Source: Cycas panzhihuaensis
Taxonomy: Eukaryota > Plantae > Cycadophyta
Assembly: GCA_023213395.1 (NCBI GenBank)
Contig: CM041465.1
Coordinates: forward strand, 249,123,741-249,187,740
Length of the DNA: 64,000 nucleotides
Direction: 5' to 3'
The notes below the pieces were generated by a model. It was not told where the DNA came from and ran no database searches. It saw only the letters and a program-made list of their open reading frames with translations. Made by a program: the position numbers and the translations under genes. This document shows, piece after piece, positions 40,401 through 52,100 of this stretch. Position 1 is the first letter of the stretch. Every line of letters starts with the position of its first letter.

Positions 40401-42631
40401 CCTAATCTTCTCTACTGGTTGTAAATCTACAATGTATTGCACCCAAAAAAACCCTCAATAACAAGGCCCCAATACCACTTGTGGGAATTCCAAGGGGAAT
40501 TCACCCCTTAAACATAGATAATATCCACACACAAGGCTATCTTCAAGAGCTTTGTATAGGTAAACAAGTACTAAAAGCAAATATTAAAGTGAAAAAATAC
40601 AATATACACCGCTTTTATGATCAAGTAGACTAAATATTAAAGTGAAATAACACTAATAATATATATACAAGAAATACCAAATTTACAATAAGTAAATTGA
40701 GCCTTTAGCTTCCTCTTCAAGGTGAGTTGTCCTCCCAAAAATAACTCCTTAAGGCCAAAAATATGGCAGATCTAGAACACAAGTCGATGCCAAAACCCTA
40801 GGTTAGAAACTCCTATATATTGTTGAAAGACATAAATGCATGAGGTGACAAAAACCATAAACAACGAACGAATAAAAGAATGAAACATATACAAACACAT
40901 AAAGACAACAAAGTTTGTGGAAAATGATCATCTGCAATTACTGTAATGGTATGAATACATACTTATAATCATCTCACAGTTGTTCAACCATACATGAGAA
41001 CTGTTATAACTACCACATGGACAAGTATGTACATGCATACGCTTTAATGACACTAATTTAATATTACATAAATGAATTAAGAGGGTCTCCTAATATTACT
41101 CAACACATCACATTAAACATTATTTTAACACCCCCCCATAATATTTAATTACTAACATCACATCAACTCACACTAGGGATAACGCCCTCTCACCAAGGCA
41201 AGAACCGTCTATCTTCTTCAAATAACACAAGCACCATCCGCTACATTCAACTATATTGAAATCTACACGTTGTACAGCCTATGTCTTGAAGTTGAACCAA
41301 CCAATTCTTGTTAACGCCTGTATAAAGCAAGCTCCATCTATCAGATTGCATGGGTAATCAACTACTGCAACTACCAGTTTTATAGGAAACTTCTTCGGAT
41401 ACATGATTCTATTAGCATTTGCCAAGACCATATCGAGAACAGGCCAAATGACCTAGCCATCCAAATGAGTTGGGTGCAAAAGTAAGAAATGGATCCCACC
41501 TCTTTCCAAATCGGATTTAACAACAGCTTCTCTTCCTGAAACCTCCCTCCAAGTTCATAAGCAAGCAATTCCGCTCGAAGTCTCCAACATTAGTCTCTTC
41601 GAGCCTTTCACTATCATCACTTGGTCTCTCGAAGCCTTTCATTATCATCGCTTGGAGTCTCAAACTCTAATCTTTCCAATCTATTCGATGATCTTTGAAG
41701 CCTCAATAAATGATCCCTCAAGATGCCACACAACCTGCTATGCTACTCAAAACAATCATATAACTACCATACAATCTACAAGTACCAACAAAACATAAGA
41801 TGTGACTCATAAAATTTATTAAATAACTTTCTCAAAAAATATTTCTCCCTTTTAATTCAACGGGTTTCCAAGATGCAAACTCCAAACCATGCCATGTGAT
41901 TAGTTGATACGTTCATCTCTTAATCCTCTTTCCAACACAATTGACGACAATGAATTCTGACTCCATATGATAAAATTATTCTCAAAAAAGTAATAAAGTC
42001 TCATAAAAAATAAATTTTCATTAAAAAACACTTGACTTCAATACATCTTCATTTAGCACATAGTCACGTGTTTATCCATGTGACCATCTCATCACAAAAA
42101 GAGGGCTTAAGGGTGGAACTAAAAACATATTACAAAATACTTAGATTTAACAATAACTTTGCAAAAGAAGAAAAAACTTTCTTGATTATTTCCTCTGCCA
42201 TCATCAAAGTCACCTATTGCGATCAAAACCAAAACAACCCACACCCATGCATATACTGGATTCCAACTAAAATCTCAATATTTAAACCAAAGAAGAAATT
42301 GTCTCTACCAACAAATCATTGACATCTCGCAACAAGATACTCCATTGCCGCTCTTTATTGAGGTGATCTCTTTTCAGGAAGTCCAAAAGGATGCCATCAT
42401 AACCTCGCTACATCTTATCAATGACTCTAATTGCAAAGCTCCATCACATAGCTCCCAATCTAGATGAACTCATTGAAGACACATACTATAGGATCCTAAT
42501 AGCCCCCAAATCCATCAACGCAAATGAAGCTCTACCAGAAAGTAAATAAAGAAGTCTGAGATAAGAGGAGGTTCGGGGTCGCTGAGATCGAGATAAGGTC
42601 CAAGAACTATGAGAGAGGGCTTTCTTTTCTT

Positions 42632-45600
42632 TGTAAAAGGTAATGTTTTATCTAGGACTATAGTACATGACATAATGTTTTATAAGGGTCTTGCACCTCT
42701 CCCCCTTTCTCTCTCAAAATGACAAGTGGCACCATTCTGTTGAGTTGTTGCCATTTGTACCTTCCTCATAACTGTATATATAGACAATGAATCATCAATA
42801 AAGCAAGTGAGAGAATTCCTTCTTAATTTCAGTTTTGTTACAGGGTATCAGAGCAGGCTCTCAAGTCCTCCTGCTTGTGAAAAAGCAAATTAGGGCTTCA
42901 TTAAAGGAAGAAGAAGAAGAAGAAGATTGGAGTCAAATTGTTGTCAAAAGACACTGCCATCTGAGATCAATTTGTTCAAGGCGAGTTTTAAGCCAAAATC
43001 GTACGGAATTGTATGGCAGTACAGACGTATATGGAGTTATACAAACGTTAAAAAATCGAAGTTGTCGAAATCTGACAAAACACACCCAGATTATAGATCG
43101 GGGCCTCCTCTACACTTTTCTCTTCTGCGACGACATCGTTTGAAGTCATCTTCACCCAGTTCCGAGCAAATTTAAGGGCGCGTGGGTTTGGAGCCTTCTC
43201 CCAAGTTTTTTCTTCGAAAATCTGAATTAAATCCCTGGTATAGAGCATCCAAAACTCTTCTCATCAGTAGACGAAGGCATTAAGTCAATCTTGTTAAGTT
43301 TTTATCTCAGTTTTTCAAGTGTTTTCTTCAAATTTCTCAAAAACCCTTGGGCACAGGTTTGAGTCTTTTTTGAGTTGTTTCTCTCAAATCTGAAGGCTAA
43401 CTAAGAAACTAACACCAGATCGGGATACCCATTTGAGAGTTCTTTCAATTGAGACCATTTTCTCATTCATCCATACAACTTTAGTTCCGTACATAAATCT
43501 ATACATAAGACTGTACAGCAGTCCGTACAGCCATTCAAAGCCAAATTTTTTGTCTCCATTCGAGTCATTCATGGCCTCATCTACTAGTTCATTGCCTGAA
43601 AGTGATAAACTCATAGAAATTAACTTTAGTATCTGGAAAATCAAAATAGAAGGATTGTTAAGAGCAAAACACGCCTAGAAAATTACTACTGGGGATGAAA
43701 AATAGCCCTCTGATGGAGCAAACTTGACTAATTGGGAGGAAAGAAATAATGTTGCTATTTTTGTTCTCAAACTTTCAATATCTAACTCTCTATTAGTCTA
43801 TGTTTATGGTCTAGAAAATGCTAATGAAATTTGGAAAATTATGTCCTCCATGTTTAGTAGAAAGAATGAAGTGACAATTATGGCCCTGAGAGAAGAACTA
43901 TACCAATTAAAGATGAGGGAGAGTCAAACTATATCGGAATTCATAACCAAGTTGACTAGCATCAAAACTGCCCTTCTCACAGCAGGAGACAAATTAATGC
44001 AGACGTAATCGATACACCTAGTGCTTAACAAACTTCCAAAATCTTTTGATAATATGGTAAACATGTTAACAGGAGGAGGACATACAGCTATAATGTCCTT
44101 TGATACTCTGACAGGACATATGTACAGTCAAGAACAAAGAAATCAAAGATATGAAGAAGACTTAGAGACTGAAGAAGCTCTTATCACTAAACTTCAGTTG
44201 GGAGGTAGAGGAAAAGGTCAGCTTAATCCCAGATTACGAGCAAAGACACTGGCAGGCCACAGGGGACGATGGACAGAAGGAAGAGGATGAGGAAGAGTGA
44301 TTAACAATCCACCTCGAGATGCTAGAGTATGTTCTAATTGCAGAAAACAAGCCACTTTTTGAGTAACTGTAGAGCGTTCAACGTCTGTTACCACTGTGGA
44401 CAAACAAGCCATTACCCATACCAGTGCTACCAAAGACAAACTGAATTTCAAAAAGGAAAACAACAGGTGTTTGGGAATTACAACAAAGAAAATGACACAA
44501 CGGAAGAGGAAGTCGAAACCGCTTTCATTGCAGCCTTAGCAGCTAATGCAAATGTAACAGAAAATTGGTATGTAGATTTAGGAGCTTCACATCACATGAC
44601 AGGGATTGAAGAATGGTTTGAAATCATCAAACCTTATGATTTCAATACATCAGTAGAGCTAGGAGACAATTTTCCCTTACACATAAAGGGAATAGGACAA
44701 ATTGTTATACTAATTGATGGAAAAATCCAACGTATAGGCAATGTCTTTTTTGTACAGGATAAAGAATCTTTTGTCAGTATCACAATTGACTGACAAAAAG
44801 CTAAGAACAATATTTGATAAACATGGTTATTGTTACATACTCGATATGAAAAAGAATAGCACAGTGATAACCAAGGGAGAAAAATGCAATAGGTTATATA
44901 AACTTCTATCAACTCCTGTATTGCCTAATAAAGGCCCCACCAAAATGCTCTTTGATGTAAATGTTTTTGCTGTAAACAGCACTAATACTAATGAAATTTG
45001 GCATTTGAAGTATGGTCATATCTCCCATGATAGGCTAGAAAAATTAAAGAAACATAAGATGGTGAATGGCTTACCAGATATTTCATTCAATCACTTTGTA
45101 TGTAAAGGTTGCATGATAGGAAAACAACACAGGATTCCATTTTCAAAAGGCACATGGCACGCGCAGAATAAGCTAGAATTGATACACACCGATCTATGTG
45201 GCCCATTCATGCCAATTTCAACAAATGGAGTAAGGTACTTCTTAACTATCATTGATGATTTCTCCAGAAAAACCTGGGTGTATTTCCTCTCTAGTAAATC
45301 AGAAACACTTAGCTACTTCAAAGAACTCAAAGCTGAAAATAAATTGGAAAGCGGTCAAAAAATCAAATGTGTTCGTTCAGATAGAGGAAGAGAATTTGCG
45401 TCCAATGATTTCCTCCATTTCTGCAAAATACATGTAATTCGAAGACAGTTTACAACCCCTTATACACCTCAATACAATAGGATTGCAGAAAGGATGAATA
45501 GAACAATTGTAGAAATGGCTCGATGCATGCTAAGCAATAGAGAAATATCAAATAAATATTGGGCAAAAGCTGTACACACAACTGTATATTTGATCAATAG

Positions 45601-47941
45601 AAGTCCAACTCAGTCACTGGACAACATAATGCCTGAAGAAGCCTGGACAGGACATAAGCCCAACGAAAGTCATTTAAAAATCTTCGGCTGCAAGGCCTAC
45701 GTTCACATTCCTGACAAGAAAAGGACTAAATTAGATAATAAGAGCATAGAATGCATAATGGTTGGATACAGTAGTCGCTCAAAATCATACAGGTGTCTTG
45801 ACCGAAAAACAAACAAGCTTTATGTGAGTAGGGATGTAATTTTTGATGAAAAGAAAAAATGTGCTGACATTGTACCTCAAGAAATTGATGAGGACAACCA
45901 AAATATATACCCTGCCCAGTTGGAAGATAAGTCAGACATTACATCTGAAAGTACTGAGTTTGACATCTCAGAGGACATATCTCCAGACAAACAACAAACC
46001 AGTGGTTCCAACATTCAGTCAGATACACAACAAAGCAGCAGCTCCAATTCAGAAGATGAAGAAGTCAATCATTACAAGAATGTTCCTCAAAAAGAGTACT
46101 AAGGTGGTATCTCAAAACCATTGAGGAATCAAAAGGAGAAATTTTTGAACATCGAACCAGATCTCAAAAAACACAAGCCTTGATCTGCTCTATTGAACCA
46201 AGTTCTTATGAAGAAGCAAGCAGCTCTCAAAATTGGAAAGCAACAATGTATACAGAAATTGAAGCTATACATAGAAACAAAATATGGGACCTGGTCTTGG
46301 CCGCTGAAAATAAACCCATTGTAAATTGTAAATGGGTATACAAAATAAAGGAAAAACCGAATGGAGATATAGAGAAATACAAGGCTAGACTGGTAGCAAA
46401 AGGTTACACACAAACAGCCAGAATCGACTATGAAGAAACATTCTCACCAGTAGCTAAACTTAATATAGTGAGAATAGTATTTGCTTTTGCTGCCCAAAAG
46501 GGTTGGGAAATTTATCAAATGGACGTTAAAAGTGCATTCTTAAACGGAGATCTAGAAGAAGAAGTGTATATGTATCAGCCAGAAGGGTACATAAAACCAG
46601 GTCAAGAAAATATGGTTTGTAAATTAAGAAAAGCATTGTATGGACTCAAACAAGCACCAAGAGCCTGGTACGCTAAATTGGACTCATATTTAGCTCAAAA
46701 TGGCTTCCATCGATGTGAATCAAATCATAGTTTGTATGTAAAAGGCAATCAAGAATTAATCTCTATCATAGTGGTATATGTTGATGACATGTTGATTACT
46801 GGAGACAACAAAAATTCAATAACATTTATCAAAAGTAAGTTTGAAAAGGTTTTTGAAATGATAGATCTGGGAATGCTGCACTACTACATTGGAATAGAAA
46901 TAGAACAAAACAATTCTTTTACTACTCTTTCACAAACCAGATATATCAAAAACTTGCCAAGCAAGTTTAGAATGGAGGTTGCAATATTGTCAGCACACCA
47001 ATGGAAACCGGGTTAGTACTGAATGTAGAACAAGAAGCGCATCCTGTTGATGCAACAATATACAAATAATTGGTTGGAAGTCTAATTTATCTCATAGCCA
47101 CATGTCCAGACATTTCATATGCTGTTGGGATAATCTCCAGGTTCATGGAAAGTCCCAAAATTCCTCATTGGAATGCTGCAAAGAGAATTTTACGATATCT
47201 AAAAGGAACCATGAATCTTGGTTTAAAATATGACAAGGAAAACAATACACATTTGACTGGCTTTTGCGACTGATTGACCGGAGATGTAATGCATAAGAAG
47301 TTGACATCAGGATATTGTTTCTTCCTAGGAAAATCATCAATATCTTGGAGTAGTAGAAAGCAACACACTGTTGCATTGTCCTCAACAGAAGCAAAATACA
47401 AGTCAGCAATCAATGCAGCGTGTGAAGGAGTATGGATCAGACAACTCCTAAAAGAACTAGGAGAAGAGCAAACGATGCCAACTCAAATATTTTGTGATAA
47501 TCAAAGTACCATAAAAATGACAAAAAATCTAATACTGCATGCTAGAACAAAACATATAGAAGTACACCATCATTTTATTAGAGAAAAAGTACAAAACAGA
47601 GAAATCGAGCTTCAACATTGTCCTTCAGAGAATCAAACTGTTGATGTTCTCACTAAATCTCTTGGAAGAGAAAAATTCATTGTCTTCAGAAATCTGTTAG
47701 GGTTAAAGTAGATAAAACATTAAGAGGGGGTGTAAAAGGTAATGTTTTATCTAGGACTATAGTACATGACATAATGTTTTGTAAGGATCTTGCACCTCTC
47801 CCCCTTTCTCTCTCAAAATGACAAGTGGCACCATTCTATTAAGCGGTTGCCATTTGTACCTTCCTCATAATTGTATATATAGACAATGAATCATCAGTAA
47901 AGCAAGTGAGAGAATTCCTTCTTCATTTCAGCTTTGTTACA
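42632..47941 (+). mobile_element. Full-length Ty1/Copia element E
   Basis: LTRs of ~211 bp at 42632-42842 and 47731-47941 (about 10 mismatches by eye); perfect TSD TTCTT; PBS GGTATCAGAGC 42844-42854; PPT AAGAGGGGG. Confidence 0.97.
43571..47711 (+). pseudogene. gag-pol of Copia E
   Basis: Two knuckles (CSNCRKTSHFLSNC, CYHCGQTSHYPYQC); protease WYVDLGASHHM; integrase LIHTDLCGP..RSDRGREF; RT YVDDML; RNase H HIEVHHHFIRE; several stops and frameshifts. Confidence 0.95.
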
Positions 47942-49081
47942 TTCTTGTCATCTTTGGGTACATGCTTAAATGCAACTTTCTGAACTTGTACACCTAGTCT
48001 CAAGGAATCCCCTACAATAGAATACATGGCTTGCATTATATCGACCTAACCAAATTCCTCCATTAGTTAGATTGTCTTTGCCACAGCAGGCAATATCACT
48101 TTCATGTACCGCTCACGCTCCACAGGCAAATATGTTATTACATCCCATGTGTAATTTACCTGGACCAGAAACATTATGTCCCAAAATCATAGACTAGCTC
48201 CCTGATATATATTACAACTGCTCAAGACCTTCCAACTTCGAATGATAGATTTGGCTCATAACAACTCAGCCAAGAGAAAGTAGACTCTGGTTGTACAAAA
48301 AGGCGGGCATGCAGGATTATAAGAAAAAGCAACAGGTTATCAAAAGCAACCATGCAGATCCCAGAGATAGGGAGCTGCAAGAAAAATCACCAGATTAAAC
48401 AATGGCATATAATATTATAGATTGATGCCTTAGAGTACACCTGAACTATGCCCTCATCCAACAAGTCAAGATCTTCAAGTGCTCAACTTGGAGAGATTGT
48501 TTCCCCATCAAAACAGAAAACAAAGTTCTGACTTTGTCCATTAACATGCTTAGCATAAGTTTTGAAAAGCTTCTCAAACTTATCATCCATGCATATACAA
48601 AATTGTTTGTTAAGACGAAACTTACCATCATACTTGCTTCTCAATCAAGCAAGTATATAGGCACTACTCATTCTTGAACATTGTCATCAGTCTTTTCTTC
48701 ATGCATAAAAAGTATTTTCTTCATCAAGGCTTTCTCAACATGTCGCTTCTTTGCAAACATCTTACACTTGATACCCAAAGCCTTTTGGGCAAAGGCAGCT
48801 CACCTGTGAACTTGACTAGAGTCTTTCTTGTGCTTCTTTAGGAAATGATCCAAGCGGTATCCATACCACTACCTATGTAGCCCTATATAATCTTCCTAAG
48901 GCATTTTGCCTATTAAAACTAATCCTAAAGCAGATGTTGTTGTTCTAGAACAAGTAACGAGAAGACTCTCTACACGGATGATTTAATTCTTGGACTCATG
49001 CAACTTTCTTGTGGGAAACAATGACACAAATTTCAATATTCCGATCAGTCTATCCAACGAGTTTTTCCTATCTACTTTAGT

Positions 49082-49083
<2 letters not shown>

Positions 49084-49164
<81 letters not shown>
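49084..49164. repeat. Compound microsatellite (TC)n(TA)n
   Basis: About 29 TC units followed by about 11 TA units. Confidence 0.97.
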
Positions 49165-52100
49165 TTGTTCATCAACGTATGTAATATTAGAGAGTGTGCA
49201 TCTCCATCTAAGAATTCCATCTTCTAAATTATCTTCGTCGATGATACCCTCGTTGGAGTCATCCTCTCATCTTTACTTAAATCTTTTGAGGCCATAGCAT
49301 AATGTCTACAATTATTTGCCAGATTACCAAATCGAATAGGTGCAATGCCAAACAATCGAGGCATGCCCATTAATCGTCGATGCCAGAGAATAGGCAAGAT
49401 TGTAAATCTACCAATGCCTTGTGGGAAATGATCATCTCCAATTATTGCAATGGCATGAATACATACCTATAGTCGCCTCATGGTTGTTCAGCCATACATG
49501 AGAACCACTATAATTACCACATGGACAAGTGTGCACATGCACACACCTTAATGACAGTAATTTAATATTACATTAGTGAGTTAGGGGGGTCTCTTAATAT
49601 TACGCAACGCACCACATTAAACATTATTCTAACATATGCAGGCGGCCACGTCCCTATTAAGGAAGTCAACCAAAATGATTAATTAAGTTTAGCCAGAGTA
49701 ATGAATACAGTCGACAAAAATCTCTAATATAAGTCAACCAAAATATGTAATAAAATCTGCCAGAATAATTAATGTCAGTCGGCCAAAATAGATAATAATG
49801 TCAGCGAGAATGATTAATATAAGTTGGTCAAAATATGTAATGAAGTCGGCCAGACTTCTTAGGTAGGAATGCCACAGCCTAGCACCAATCTCACCACACC
49901 TCAATTTCAATGCCTTGCTCATCTTAAAACCTCTCCCCTAGTCATACTGAAATTTGCATCGAATATGTCTGCAATACCTCCTAGTTTGCTCAAATTTTAT
50001 GGCAAGCCTAATGAAGTAATAACTTCAATAGAGGTCGCTTGACCTTCAACACAGGATCATAGCACAATATCTTGATCATTCATAATGTTGTCCATGCAAC
50101 CTTGTCATTACACAAACAAACCATTATCGAATCTTCACTAATATCATTCATCACATTTTCATTAATGTGATTATCACTGAAGTCAACAAGAAAACACATA
50201 AGCTCAATTTAACACATTCCATACACAAGATCCCATTGACACAAATTACACCATAGAAATCGTACGAAATAAGAACATATATCATGTAAGAAAATACAAA
50301 TTGCTAGGAAGAGATTCACCACCCAGCCATTAGAAACCAAATATGAGGATTTGCCCCCAAGCTAAGGTGCATATATTGAAAGAACGAGTATTGTTTCAAT
50401 CTTCTAACCCCCTTTTCTTAAGAATGCTTGTCTGTATGATTTTCTTCACTAAGTTTATCTGTCCAAACAATTTTGTTCCATTACATCTAAACTTCTTCAT
50501 GCATTGGCCAACTTTCATGATTGCCATCAAAGCCAACTCAACCAATTGATGACACACAACAGACCTCCTTAACACATGCATTACAATGCACCATTCATAG
50601 TCTCACACCATGTTAATATGCAAGATTCCAACCAATGGCATCATGCTACATTAACAAGCAACAACTTCACACTGTCCAATGGCACCATACCACTCGTAAC
50701 ATCACACTAGGAACTTCACACATGGATATATCTATCTATCTATCTATCTATAGATAGATATATACATAGATAATCAATGGCACAATACAACAAAATCCAT
50801 ATAAGTGCATCCCATATAAACTACAGAGGTCACAACTCCCTCAACATCACACCAAGGCCCTCCAATGTCACACTACAGTTAGGGCATCACATGCTAATAT
50901 GAGTTCATAACACTTACACCCTGTAACTCCTCAATCATTATATTAGAGCCCTTTAGCATCACACCAAAGCTAGAGTATCACATATAAACTAAAGCTTTAC
51001 ACCATAGCTCCCCCAGCATCACACCAAGGTCGATTGGCATAACATCAACATTAGACATCCATAATCAATGTCATACAAGATAGTTGCTCATGGGATCACA
51101 CCATGGTGCTTTTCAAAACAGCCCTTCCTATTGCCACAATCGAACCTTCACAATGCTCAATTATTCATTTTAGTGACCATTAATCAAACACCCTTCATTT
51201 CCACTCAATAATAGTGCTACCATGTAGCAAGCAAGCAAATGGCACGATACGTACATAATGCTTTCTAACAATTTTAGTAAACTTCTAGATGTCTCTTTAT
51301 AAAGCGGAAGAGAAGAGAGAAAATCGAATTCCATCGTTGATTACTAAAATTTTACAACATGCTAACTAACTCGGCTTATTAGTCGCCTCTCACCCATAAC
51401 TAACCCATCTCTTGAATAATAATTGCAATTAAGATTAAATTATGGCAAATCTTTCTCTAAGGAATTAAACATATGCACCCAAGGGATTTCATTACCATCC
51501 CACCATATGCATGAAGCATTGATGACTTCATTGATGGACAAGCATTAATCACACGAACTTCATGGATGTACACTTCCCCCTAAGATTCCTCACATGTTCA
51601 AATCAGGTGCCTCCCTCTTTTCTTTCAGCAATCCAAGCACATTCTATAACTAACGGACAATGTTTATAGCCTTTCAAAATAAGTACAATAAACCTTTCTC
51701 CTAATGCTCTCCAAGCATATTTACATCAAAACATGTTCAGAATATTTCAAGGCACATCCCTCACAACTAACGAGGTATTGCACTAGACTCTCATTTTACA
51801 TTAAGGCATGTTCACATAACAATGTAACTTAGAAAATTAAGTGTATGATATTGTATTCATATAAATGTTGAGTTGGGCCATTACATTACTCCTCCACCCA
51901 AAGAAAGCATCATCCTTGATGCAATTTTATAATGTAAACAACTGTAGATATTGTTGATAAATGGCTTTTGCAAGCTCCCATGTAACTTCCCTAGGCTTCA
52001 AATGCATTGACTATACCTTTACTTGTTCAATGGCTTGGCTCAAAAACATCATTGTCTTGTAGTCCACTATAACTATGGGTTCCACCTACAATTGTGCTCC

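Larger units (their letters stand above)
40821..49634 (-). mobile_element. Non-autonomous LTR element G (~3 kb internal region with no recognisable gag/pol), containing Copia E
   Basis: 3' LTR 40821-41130 with PPT G7 (41131-41137); second copy 49420-49634 matches 40916-41130; H LTR sequence resumes on both sides; TSD imperfect (TATAT/TATGC); no PBS seen. Confidence 0.75.
35342..49876 (-). mobile_element. Chromovirus H (Reina-like Gypsy); 5' LTR interrupted by element G
   Basis: 3' LTR 35342-35894; 5' LTR 40480-40820 + 49635-49876; TSD ACCTA/GCCTA; decayed iMet PBS TGGTATTGGGGCC (40477-40465); PPT 35895-35910. Confidence 0.88.
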
